Assembly: GCA_035622475.1 (NCBI GenBank)
Contig: DASPVF010000045.1
Coordinates: 1,898 to 65,897 of the forward strand
Source: Nitrososphaerales archaeon
Lineage (GTDB): Archaea; Thermoproteota; Nitrososphaeria; Nitrososphaerales; Gagatemarchaeaceae
Length of the DNA: 64,000 nt
Direction of reading: 5' to 3'
Below the pieces are notes generated by a model. It was not told where the DNA came from, searched no databases, and saw only the letters and a list, made by a program, of their open reading frames with translations. Shown in pieces: positions 10,278 to 19,343 of this stretch. Within the stretch, counting starts at the first letter, position 1, and the number at the start of each line of letters is the position of its first letter. The position numbers and the translations under genes are program-made.

Positions 10278-11153
10278 CTAGATGCCCAGCGCTGCTCTGG
10301 CGCCCGCGTAAGCTCCTTCGTTCAACCTCCTTGCGTGCTTAAGGAGCCGGGGATAGAGCGCGACCAATCCCGAATCCGCGGCGTATCGCTCGGGAGACCA
10401 GTAGTCTGAGCCAACAGGAGGATATCTTGTTTCCATTTCATGCCACATTGTAATGAACGCCAGGGGTGCAATTTCAGGGAAGGCTTTCCCATTAATGCTG
10501 ATGATGTATCTGACCGTCTTTGGATCACTCATCAACGAGGAAAGTTTTGTTCCGAACAAGCGCTGGAACCTGTCGAGGGGCCCCCACTGTGCCTCTGCAT
10601 CATCGAGCAGTTTCAGTATCGCCGCAGTGAGGGGCGTTTTTGGGTCGAGTTTCAGGGTGATTCTCCAGAGGTCGTCTGGCTTCAAGTTTCGCAGCTTCTC
10701 GACTTCGCTTTTCGCAGCCTGTTCGCTCACCAGCTTTGCCTCCATTACTTCCGAGTCGGGAATCGTCAATGGTATCCCCAGTTTCAGAAAGATTTCTTTC
10801 CCCTCCTTCCGAGGTTCCGATGCGGCAAGGATACCTAGGTTCCTTCTGAGCTGGGCAACACGTTCGCCGCGGCGAATTAATATGCTGAAGATGGTGGCGT
10901 GTCCTGCTTCCCGTGTTAGATCTTCTTTGTTGGGTCTGACAAGGCTCAGCAGCAAGCCTGTTGCCTTCACCGACTTTTCCACTGACTGTTGAAGATAGAA
11001 TATCGACTGAGGGTAGAGCTTCTTGCCGTACAACAGCTTTGAGGCTTTGAGGTCTGCTCTGCCAATCCTTGCGAACGAGAGGGCAAGTTTCACGACGGGC
11101 TTGTCCGGAAGGCCAAGAGCCTCCCTGGTCGACTGGACTGGCGGCCTTGACAT
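10278..11153 (-). CDS. HEPN-like domain protein with a large internal insertion
   Basis: The N-terminal ADLKASKLLYGKKLYPQSIFYLQQSVEKSVKATGLL resembles the first HEPN helices. The C-terminal METRYPP...PERYAA resembles the HEPN RYP region. About 150 aa lie between them. Confidence 0.45.
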   Translation of the reverse strand: MSRPPVQSTREALGLPDKPVVKLALSFARIGRADLKASKLLYGKKLYPQSIFYLQQSVEKSVKATGLLLSLVRPNKEDLTREAGHATIFSILIRRGERVAQLRRNLGILAASEPRKEGKEIFLKLGIPLTIPDSEVMEAKLVSEQAAKSEVEKLRNLKPDDLWRITLKLDPKTPLTAAILKLLDDAEAQWGPLDRFQRLFGTKLSSLMSDPKTVRYIISINGKAFPEIAPLAFITMWHEMETRYPPVGSDYWSPERYAADSGLVALYPRLLKHARRLNEGAYAGARAALGI

Positions 11154-11233
11154 CAGGTCCTATTTGAATAGAGGATTGAAAAATACTCCGGGGTAGGTTG
11201 ATTCTAGTAGCTTAAAGGCGGGAGCAGCTGGAA

Positions 11234-12250
11234 TTGAGCGTGGACCCTGGACGCGAGGTCGCTTCAGGAAGGGTTCGATGGTACGCGTTGCTCTCGCTTC
11301 TGCTTCTTGCCGCCACCATGGCCGAGTTTCTGACGGGCTCAACCCCGATTCTGAGGGTCGCCGCTGACCCCGTTGGATTCCTTTTTCTCGTAGGAATGTA
11401 TGGCGGCGGGGCGTTACTCATCAGAGAGGCCGCCATACGCTGGGGTAAGCGCTGGGGTACGGTCCTCCTTCTTGGCGGAGCCTACGCGGTCGGAGAGGAA
11501 GGGTTCGACGCTAAGACGATGATCGACCCGACCAGTCCCATAATAGGCAACCAGCTTTTTACGCACTACCTTGGAGTGAACTGGGTTCCGCTGGCCGCCC
11601 TGACCCTCTTTCACGCCGCGTTCAGCATCACGGTCCCGCTTGTCCTCTTGGAGCTGCTCTTCCCTGAGACGAAGGGCAGGTCGCTCGTCGGCAATCGGGG
11701 TCTCGTGCTGACGATGGTGACCTATGGCTTTGTCACGGCGTTCCTCGTGCCATTTGGAGACCCATACGTGCCTTCGATGTGGGTGTACCTCTTCCTCGCC
11801 GCGTACGCACTGGCGTTTGTCGCGGCAGCCTTCCTCGCTCCCAAGGAGTTCCTGAGGGCGAAACTGGAGGCACCCGACAGGTCGGGGCGGAGATTCGTCC
11901 TCCTGGGACTAGGTTTCTTGGCTAACTTCTTCCTCGTGGACACGGTGGGGAAACATCTGCTTCCCTGGCAGTTGACGGCCGCCCTGTTCGTGCCTTTGGC
12001 AGCCATGACGGCGCTGTATCTGGTGGAGCATGCTGGGAGGTCCGGAAACGAGATCGTGAAGGTCAGCTTCGTCCTAGGCATGCTGCTGGTCTTCGTCCCC
12101 ATTGACGTGCTAGTGGAGTTGGGGGGCGATGTGGGTGTGCTTGCCTATACCGCCTTAATTCTAGTGCTGGTCTTGGGGATTCGACGGCGAATCGTGCGAC
12201 GTGGCCAAGGTTCAGTCCTTGCTGAAGGACGAAGTGTCTCCGTAAACTGA
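11234..12250 (+). CDS. polytopic membrane protein, unknown function
   Basis: 338 aa with about 8-9 hydrophobic spans. Divergent from the HEPN-like gene across about 80 bp. Confidence 0.55.
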   Translation: MSVDPGREVASGRVRWYALLSLLLLAATMAEFLTGSTPILRVAADPVGFLFLVGMYGGGALLIREAAIRWGKRWGTVLLLGGAYAVGEEGFDAKTMIDPTSPIIGNQLFTHYLGVNWVPLAALTLFHAAFSITVPLVLLELLFPETKGRSLVGNRGLVLTMVTYGFVTAFLVPFGDPYVPSMWVYLFLAAYALAFVAAAFLAPKEFLRAKLEAPDRSGRRFVLLGLGFLANFFLVDTVGKHLLPWQLTAALFVPLAAMTALYLVEHAGRSGNEIVKVSFVLGMLLVFVPIDVLVELGGDVGVLAYTALILVLVLGIRRRIVRRGQGSVLAEGRSVSVN

Positions 12251-12347
12251 ATCTAACTGCATGTTCATGCCACGACACTTCCCAAGTCCGAACCGAACAG
12301 GCTCGGAAGACTCCCATGGCCGCTGTTACGCGAGGGCAGCAAGCCCA

Positions 12348-13718
12348 TTAGTTGTAGTGCCTCTTGACATCCTTGTTGAACGGGAGATTCAGGATCTCAT
12401 CGAGGACCCTGTTTGCCTGGACATCTGACTTCGTCCTCGGATCTCTGAAGAGAAGCTCAAGGAGAACCGACCTTCCGCCAACTAGGAACGCCTCCATTGC
12501 GAACTCCAGCCGGACCAGTCTGGGGACCAAAGCCAAGTTCAGGAGCTTGCTCGGTATCCGACCTATCCTTTCTCTGTGAACGCCCTTCCTATCGACCAAG
12601 ACGGGCACTTCCACGGCTGCGTCGTCGGGCAGACCGTCGATTAGACCGTCGTTGCGGACATCAAGTACGAACCTCCTGCGTTCGTCATTGACCATGGAAT
12701 CTATCAGCGGAGCAATGTCCTCCTTGCTCTTGACAGGTGGGATTTCGTTCAGCAACGCTGACGGGGGGGCGCCAGCAAGCGCGAGCACTATGCTTGTCCT
12801 GTCTCTCAGTCTTTTCAGGTAGCGGGAGAAGCCGACCTCACTGTCGGGCCCCCCGAACTTGCCGTACCAATGCTTTTTCGTCTTGAAATCGTAGTGGTAC
12901 TTCCAGCTGCCTCCTCTGACGGTGTCTCCGATCGGAAAGAGGCCGTAGAGCTGGTACATGTCCACAGCCGCCCTGCTCATCTGGATGTCGAACTCGTCGG
13001 CAGGGGTGTAGGTGTTCCAGTGCTTCTCCGCCTTACTTTGAATCCACTCGTCCAAGAGAGGATATGCATCCCTGCCGAGGTGTTCAAAGCGCGTGAGCCA
13101 AATGTTGTGGTTGAAGCCTGCCACCTGGAAGTCGACCTGACTGACGTCAAGGCCCAGGACCTTGCAGATGTCTTTGTAGTGCTTGTAACCATGGCAGTAG
13201 CCGACGACCTTTACCTTGCTTTTCCTCGTCAGAAGTGTTCCCGCCTCACACTCCGGATTTGCGACGTCAATCAGCCATGCTTTTGGGCAGTAATCCTCCA
13301 TGTCTCTGGCAAGAGAGCGGAAAAGCGACAGCTGGTGATACGCGCCGAAAGTGGTGTAGTAATCGGAGACCATGTTGAACTCGACCGCTTCGACTCCTCT
13401 GTAGTACCCGTGCTTTTCTCCCGCCTCTCTCACAGCCTCCTGCTCGTAATGCCCGCCTGCCAGAGCGGTATCTATCACAAAGTCAGCGTCCTTCAGCGCC
13501 TCGGCCAGTTTGGTCGTCTTCCGAAAGCGTATTTTGGCCCGGACCGCCTCAGCATAGGTGACTGCCATCGACCGGACGGAGCCGAGCCTCTCCTCATCGG
13601 TGTCCATCAGAATCACCTCGCTCCCAAAGAGGCCCGGGGTGAGGCACAGGTCCTTGACCACGTCCATGGAGAACCGTGCGCTGCCGGCGCCGACCAACGC
13701 GATTCTATTTTCGACCAA
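12348..13718 (-). CDS. glycoside hydrolase family 4 (NAD+/Mn2+-dependent alpha-glucosidase/galacturonidase type)
   Basis: N-terminal Rossmann IALVGAGSARF, EVILMDTDEERL, NPECEAGT and VVGYCHGY motifs, typical of GH4. 456 aa. TTG start, with a TATA-like box about 30 nt upstream. Confidence 0.9.
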   Translation of the reverse strand: MVENRIALVGAGSARFSMDVVKDLCLTPGLFGSEVILMDTDEERLGSVRSMAVTYAEAVRAKIRFRKTTKLAEALKDADFVIDTALAGGHYEQEAVREAGEKHGYYRGVEAVEFNMVSDYYTTFGAYHQLSLFRSLARDMEDYCPKAWLIDVANPECEAGTLLTRKSKVKVVGYCHGYKHYKDICKVLGLDVSQVDFQVAGFNHNIWLTRFEHLGRDAYPLLDEWIQSKAEKHWNTYTPADEFDIQMSRAAVDMYQLYGLFPIGDTVRGGSWKYHYDFKTKKHWYGKFGGPDSEVGFSRYLKRLRDRTSIVLALAGAPPSALLNEIPPVKSKEDIAPLIDSMVNDERRRFVLDVRNDGLIDGLPDDAAVEVPVLVDRKGVHRERIGRIPSKLLNLALVPRLVRLEFAMEAFLVGGRSVLLELLFRDPRTKSDVQANRVLDEILNLPFNKDVKRHYN

Positions 13719-13893
13719 GGTTAGGAAAATCGAGGGGACGTGATGTATTAAGGATGAGGAGCGGCGGAGAGGTCTCTGAGATTTCCCTTCTCGTAGTGCC
13801 CATGCTCTTGTGCTTGAAGAGTCTGGTTATGAGAATCATACAGCAGGGAGAGGGTAGAAGTACTAATAGAGCGCACCGCAACAACGAATCAGC

Positions 13894-15204
13894 ATGATAC
13901 GTGATGTGGCGGCAGAGAGACCGTTATGCCGTTCCCCAGTCTCAATCCTAGTCGATGACCCCTCGCCAGGGATTAATCCTCTCTACTACTTCGCGAGCAC
14001 CGTCCCTCCTAATTCGACTGCCTATCACTACGTCTCGAAAGGGGGAGAGTGGTACTTCGACTCCGATTCGACTTTCGGCCATCCCATCTCCAGGACGGTC
14101 GACCCCAGCTTCGTGCTCGAGTTCACGAAGTGGATTAGGGAGACTAAGGTCAAGGGGAAGACCTCAGTCGTCCCATATGCGGCCGGCCTGGGCCGAATCG
14201 ATGGCAAGATCGAGGGCATCCCCAGAGACCAAGTCCTGGCGTTCATACGCGCCATCTCTTCCATCAGGGACAAGTTCGATGTTTCGTCGGAGCTCCTTAC
14301 TCACACCAGGGCGGTCAATCTCGACTCGATGAAGCTGATGGAGGTCTCGGAACACGACTGGTCCCAGAGCCAGACCTTCGAGACGCTCGCGCCGTACCTT
14401 ACGGTCTCGCTTGAAATCCTGCAGAGGGCCGGCCTGGATGCGGGCGGCGTCACATCTCCTGTCGACTTCGGCGCCAAGGTCGAAGGGGACTATGCGATGG
14501 CCGTGCTCGAGGCTGTGAAGCACGTGAAAAAGATAGGACTCGCATGGTACTTTCTCCGCGTTGATTACGAGTCGCTTGTCGTTAAGCCCAGACTGATGTA
14601 CCTCAACCGGGAGGCTCGCGAGGCTGTGGTCAGCATTGTCGCGTCGGTAAGGGATCCCTTCTTGAGTTCGATGCTCACCGATGAACCCGAAGGTGAATGG
14701 CTGGAGCGGGCGCTCCAACCTGTACTCTCGGGCGATGGGAGGCGCGGGCGGATTGTCCAGCAGGTCGCTGCAGGATCCTGGGTCGCACTCGTGACCCACT
14801 GGCAGTCCCTCTACTCCAACGGTACCAGGTACGGTCTCCACGCAGCGAGGGAGCTTGTGAGAAGGATGAACAGCAGACTGGGAGACAGAATCGTCTGGAT
14901 GAGTTGCTCAGAGATAGCAGCCTACGTAGCGTGTGTCGCCGCCGCGAACATCCGAGTTCTTGAAGATGGCGCTGCAATCGAGGTCTCGAGCCCGTTCCAG
15001 TGCAGGAACCTCACGCTTAGCTTCCGCACCGCGCGCCCAGTCAGGAAATTGAGGCACGGTGGCAAGGTGTTGAGAAGAGCAAAGGGATCGCTGTCCGAAG
15101 GCACTTGGTCGGCGAGGGGCGACAGAGTGCTGGTATCCATTCCTCACCTAGAGGCATCGGGGGAGAGTTACATGGCGCGGCTAGCAGTCTCAGAGTCTCC
15201 GTAG
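13894..15204 (+). CDS. hypothetical protein, possibly deacetylase-like (beta/alpha)-barrel
   Basis: 436 aa with coding-like composition. SILVDDPSP...VVPYAAG is faintly reminiscent of DUF2334/CE4-like proteins. Lies between GH4 and an ABC operon. Confidence 0.55.
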   Translation: MIRDVAAERPLCRSPVSILVDDPSPGINPLYYFASTVPPNSTAYHYVSKGGEWYFDSDSTFGHPISRTVDPSFVLEFTKWIRETKVKGKTSVVPYAAGLGRIDGKIEGIPRDQVLAFIRAISSIRDKFDVSSELLTHTRAVNLDSMKLMEVSEHDWSQSQTFETLAPYLTVSLEILQRAGLDAGGVTSPVDFGAKVEGDYAMAVLEAVKHVKKIGLAWYFLRVDYESLVVKPRLMYLNREAREAVVSIVASVRDPFLSSMLTDEPEGEWLERALQPVLSGDGRRGRIVQQVAAGSWVALVTHWQSLYSNGTRYGLHAARELVRRMNSRLGDRIVWMSCSEIAAYVACVAAANIRVLEDGAAIEVSSPFQCRNLTLSFRTARPVRKLRHGGKVLRRAKGSLSEGTWSARGDRVLVSIPHLEASGESYMARLAVSESP

Positions 15205-16208
15205 AGGTAGCACGCCACAGACCTGGTGGGGGATACCTTCGTCATCTTCGGCTCGCTGACCTTGCACTTCGCCATTGCATAGGGACACCTTGGATGGAAG
15301 ACACAACCCGAGGGTGGATTGACAGGGCTCGGCGCCTCCTTCCCCTGTTCCATTATCCTCCTCCCCTCTTCGCTCTCGGTGAAACGGTTGTCTGGATCGG
15401 TCTTCGGGATGGAGGCAATCAGCATCTTCGTGTACGGGTGGAACGGCTCGGTGATTACCTCGTCCCGGGTGCCGATCTCGGCGATCTTCCCTAGGTACAT
15501 CACAGCGATCCTGTCGCTCATGAAACTCACGACCTTCATGTTGTGCGTTATGAAGAGGCTCGTGAGCGAGAGATTTCTCTTCAGGTCCCTCAGGAGGTTC
15601 AGGACCTGCGCCTGAATCGATGCATCAAGGGCGCTCGTCGGCTCATCGAGCACCACGAACTCAGGGGAGGTGATCAGAGCTCTCGCGATACCGATCCTCT
15701 GTTTCTGCCCGCCGGAGAACTCGTGGGGGAACCTGTTCGCGTACTCCTGCGCGAGGCCCACCAGTTCCATCATCCGCTCCACAGCCTCGTCGACCTGCCT
15801 CCTGGGAGGGCCGCTGGTGGCCACCAACGGCTCAGCTATGATGTCGCGTGCGCGCATGGAAGGGTCGAGAGAGCCCGCTGGGTCTTGGAAGACAACCTGC
15901 ATTTTGCGCCTGAGGAGCCGTCTCTGGCGCCCCTTCAAGTTAGCAACGTCCATCCCCTCGAATAGAATCCTACCCGAGGTAGGCGGGATGAGGCCAAGGA
16001 TGCACCTAGCCACCGTGCTCTTCCCTGACCCCGACTCCCCGACAAGGCCAAGCGTCTCTTCCTTGGATATCGTCAGTGAGACTCCGTCAACGGCCCGCAC
16101 GAACCTTTTCTCCTTCTCTCCGCCGAGGAACCTGTCGAGCCTCGAAACCCCGAGATCGAAGTACTTGCGGAGTTCTTTAACGCGGAGAACCTCGCTGCCG
16201 TCGCTCAT
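15168..16208 (-). CDS. ABC transporter ATP-binding protein (OppF-type)
   Basis: [28 protein letters not shown], and HPYTKMLI plus a Cys tail. ATG 16208 forms an ATGA overlap with the upstream gene's stop. Confidence 0.9.
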   Translation of the reverse strand: MSDGSEVLRVKELRKYFDLGVSRLDRFLGGEKEKRFVRAVDGVSLTISKEETLGLVGESGSGKSTVARCILGLIPPTSGRILFEGMDVANLKGRQRRLLRRKMQVVFQDPAGSLDPSMRARDIIAEPLVATSGPPRRQVDEAVERMMELVGLAQEYANRFPHEFSGGQKQRIGIARALITSPEFVVLDEPTSALDASIQAQVLNLLRDLKRNLSLTSLFITHNMKVVSFMSDRIAVMYLGKIAEIGTRDEVITEPFHPYTKMLIASIPKTDPDNRFTESEEGRRIMEQGKEAPSPVNPPSGCVFHPRCPYAMAKCKVSEPKMTKVSPTRSVACYLYGDSETASRAM

Positions 16209-17251
16209 TCCTTCTCTCCGTGATACAGATGGCATGCCACCTCCCCCGAAGTCCCGACGGGGAGCAGTGCGGGCACCTCTCTTTCACATCTCGGAAACAC
16301 GTAGGGACAGCGTGGATGAAAAGCGCACCCTCCCGGGATCCTCAGGAGGCTCGGGACCGAGCCGGCCAGCGATTCGAGGCTCTTCCGCGTCTCTTCCAGC
16401 CTTGGCTCCGCGTTCAGAAGCCCCTTCGTGTAAGGGTGTTTCGGGTCCCTGAATATCGAGCGGACATCGTTTGTCTCTATTATTCTGCCGGCGTACATTA
16501 CGGCGATTTCGTCGGCCACCTCCGACACGACGCTCAGGTCGTGGGAGATGAACAGAACCGAGACCTCGAACTCCAGGACAAGGTCCTTGACCAGCGAAAG
16601 TATCTGCGCCTGGGTTGTGACATCCAGAGAGGTCGTCGGCTCGTCCGCGATGAGCAGGGAAGGTTTTGCCGCGAGCGCCATGGCTATCATCACCCTCTGC
16701 TTCATCCCTCCAGAGAACTCGTGAGGATATCGGTCGAGGGCGTCTTCCGGATCGGATATGCGGACGTCTCGCAGGACCTCCAGGACCTCTTCCCTCACCC
16801 TGTCCTCATCAATACCTTTCACTCCCCTTACCGATTCGAGTAACGATACGGAACGTGTCTGCTTCAGCTCCTTCCTCAGGATTCTCAGCCTGACCGCCTC
16901 AGCTATCTGCTCCCCCACCTTGAAGACGGGGTTGAGAGAAGACATCGGCTCTTGGAAGATCATGGATATACCTGTCCCTCTGACCAGTTCGAGCTCTTTC
17001 TCGCCAATCCTGAGCAGGTCCTTGCCATCGAAGATGATGCTGCTCCTTTGTCCGTACCGGCCGGGCGGAGTGGGGACCAGGCCCAGAGTCGAGAGCGCAA
17101 GAACACTCTTCCCCGAGCCGGACTCACCCACCACGCCGAGTATTTTCCCCGTGGGGATGTCGAGATCCACTCCGTTCAGAGCCTTCACGGATCCTTCCTC
17201 AGTCTCGAAGGTGAGCGTGACATCCCTGAAGGCCAGGACCGTCCCTGTCAA
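16205..17251 (-). CDS. ABC transporter ATP-binding protein (OppD-type)
   Basis: GESGSGKS, FSGGMKQR, LLIADEPTTSLD, and KHPYTKGLL plus a Cys tail. Confidence 0.92.
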   Translation of the reverse strand: MTGTVLAFRDVTLTFETEEGSVKALNGVDLDIPTGKILGVVGESGSGKSVLALSTLGLVPTPPGRYGQRSSIIFDGKDLLRIGEKELELVRGTGISMIFQEPMSSLNPVFKVGEQIAEAVRLRILRKELKQTRSVSLLESVRGVKGIDEDRVREEVLEVLRDVRISDPEDALDRYPHEFSGGMKQRVMIAMALAAKPSLLIADEPTTSLDVTTQAQILSLVKDLVLEFEVSVLFISHDLSVVSEVADEIAVMYAGRIIETNDVRSIFRDPKHPYTKGLLNAEPRLEETRKSLESLAGSVPSLLRIPGGCAFHPRCPYVFPRCEREVPALLPVGTSGEVACHLYHGEKE

Positions 17252-18189
17252 GCACCCTCTTGCCCCGCCGAGCTCTGGGCAGCTATGACCCTGCTTGACC
17301 TCGGATCGAGAGCATCTCTCAACCCGTCACCGAGGAGATTGAACCCGAGGACGATCAGGAGTATCGCCATTGCAGGCACGAGGACGAGCCAGGGCTGCAG
17401 GAAGAGCTGGGACTGGAAGTCGAAGACCATCCTCCCCAGCTCGGGCGTCGGGTACTGAGCTCCGAGCCCAAGATAAGCGAGCACCGACGTGTTGAGAATC
17501 ACGTTTCCTATGTCGAGGGTTGCATAGATTATGATGGGAGAGATTATGTTGGGCACGATGTGCCTCAGCATTATCCCGGAGGAGGAGCGGCCTGCAGCCC
17601 GCGCCGCCTCGACGTAGGGCCTGCTCTTCACCGTGAGCGCTTCGCCCCTCGCGAGTCTGGTGTACTTTGGCCACCAGACCACGATCAGCGCCTCCATAGA
17701 GTGAATCAGGCTGGGCCCGAGGGTCGCCGCTATCGCCAGGGCGAGTATTATCCCCGGAAAGGCAATGAAGACGTCGGTTATCCTCATGATGAGCTGGTCG
17801 AGCTTCCCGCCCTCGTAGCCAGCCATGGTCCCGAGCCATACCCCTATCAGGACGGCGGAGATGATGACGGTGAACGCAACCTCGGCGTCCAGCGGAAAGG
17901 CGGCGACGACCTGGCTGAACAGGTCCCTCCCCAGCGGGTCCGTGCCGAAGATGTGCGAAAGGTTGGGGGGCCACTGGAGTATGGAGGGGGGCAGGTCAGG
18001 GACGCCTCTGGAAGTGATGGGGTTGTAGGGGAGAATGGCGGCGCCGAAAACTCCCTCGACCGCCGAGATGACGACGAAAACCACAGCGACGACCGCGCCG
18101 AAGTAGGAAAGCCTCTGCCTCCGGACGAGCTTCATCGTGGCGTACCACTGTTTGACAAAGGGAGGGATCAGGTTCCTCTGGTCAAACAT
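17248..18189 (-). CDS. ABC transporter permease (OppC-type)
   Basis: 313 aa and polytopic. Tail NLLGDGLRDALDPR. Overlaps the next gene by 4 nt. Confidence 0.9.
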   Translation of the reverse strand: MFDQRNLIPPFVKQWYATMKLVRRQRLSYFGAVVAVVFVVISAVEGVFGAAILPYNPITSRGVPDLPPSILQWPPNLSHIFGTDPLGRDLFSQVVAAFPLDAEVAFTVIISAVLIGVWLGTMAGYEGGKLDQLIMRITDVFIAFPGIILALAIAATLGPSLIHSMEALIVVWWPKYTRLARGEALTVKSRPYVEAARAAGRSSSGIMLRHIVPNIISPIIIYATLDIGNVILNTSVLAYLGLGAQYPTPELGRMVFDFQSQLFLQPWLVLVPAMAILLIVLGFNLLGDGLRDALDPRSSRVIAAQSSAGQEGA

Positions 18190-18195
18190 TGGCTG

Positions 18196-19260
18196 TCACT
18201 CCAGCTGGACCCTCGGGTCCAGCATAGCGTAGAGTATGTCCGCCACGGCGTTCGCGACGACCACGAATATGGCGAAGATCAGCGTCGTTGCCATGATGGC
18301 GGGGTAGTCCAGGTTCTCCAATGCCTGGACGGTGAACCTGCCGATTCCGGGCCAGTTGAAGATGTCCTCGATTACGACGATCCCTCCCAGGAGAGTCGCG
18401 AAGTTCAGGGCCAGAATCGTCGTCGCCGGTATGAGGGCGTTTCGCAAGGCATGTTTGAAGATCACAACGGAACGGCCTAGGCCCTTGGCCTTAGCCGTCC
18501 TGACGTAGTCCTCCCCGAGGACACGCAGCATGTCGGACCTGACGAGCCTGGTGGTCACGCCTATGCCGTAGAAGCTGATGGCAAGCGCGATGGCAGGGAG
18601 GATGATGTGGCTGATCGAACTTTCCAGGTCGACCAGGTTTCCGGAGAGGATGCTGTCGAGAATGTAGAGGCCCGTCACTATGTGCACATGGAGCCCGCCG
18701 AGGGAGAAGCTCAGGCCCGTGGGGGGCGTGAGTGTGGGGTCGAGACGGCTCCCGCTGGGGAACCAGTGCAGAAGGTAGAAGAAGACGAAGAGGACGGCGA
18801 GGGCGGACAGGAAGGGGGGCGCTGAGGCGCCCGTGAGCGCGGCCACCCTGGAAAGCTGGTCCGGCCACCTGTCCTTGTTGATTGCAGCGATGACGCCCAG
18901 GGCTATGCCCACGATGACGATGATCACCATGGCAACGAGCGTGAGCTCGATCGTCGCCGGGAGGTACGCAGTGATCAAACCCAGGACGGGCTGATGAGTG
19001 TCTGGGGTTATGCCCCAGTTTCCTGACAGGAGGGAGACCAGGTAATAGTAGAAGGCTTCGGGGAGGGGGTCGTTGATGTGGTACTGGGCCGCCAGCATGT
19101 TCACGTAGCTCTGGGACGCCTTGATCCCCGCCCAGGCCCTGGCCGGGTCAGGAGAAACGACCCTCGCCACCACGAAGGTTAGAAGCACTACCCCGAACAG
19201 GACAGGTATGCAGAGGAGAGCCCTCTTGATGGCGAATCTAACCAGTGTCCCCCTTTTCAT
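18196..19260 (-). CDS. ABC transporter permease (OppB-type)
   Basis: 354 aa. N-terminus FAIKRALLCIPVLFGVVLLTF and C-terminus ADILYAMLDPRVQLE. Confidence 0.9.
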   Translation of the reverse strand: MKRGTLVRFAIKRALLCIPVLFGVVLLTFVVARVVSPDPARAWAGIKASQSYVNMLAAQYHINDPLPEAFYYYLVSLLSGNWGITPDTHQPVLGLITAYLPATIELTLVAMVIIVIVGIALGVIAAINKDRWPDQLSRVAALTGASAPPFLSALAVLFVFFYLLHWFPSGSRLDPTLTPPTGLSFSLGGLHVHIVTGLYILDSILSGNLVDLESSISHIILPAIALAISFYGIGVTTRLVRSDMLRVLGEDYVRTAKAKGLGRSVVIFKHALRNALIPATTILALNFATLLGGIVVIEDIFNWPGIGRFTVQALENLDYPAIMATTLIFAIFVVVANAVADILYAMLDPRVQLE

Positions 19261-19343
19261 CCTTCAGGAACTCTTTCGGAGGCTACCTAAAAGAGGCTGC
19301 GGACTCTAGTCTATGAAGATTGGCAGAAGGCGGCGTTCAGGGC

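Noticed and set aside
12870-13724. 284-aa ORF on the plus strand
   Set aside because: It is antisense to the well-supported GH4 gene and has no recognisable motif. It is a shadow ORF.
17560-18480. 306-aa ORF on the plus strand
   Set aside because: It lies entirely antisense to the OppC/OppB permease genes. Its composition is Arg/Gly/Asp/Pro-rich, typical of shadow ORFs in GC-rich coding DNA.
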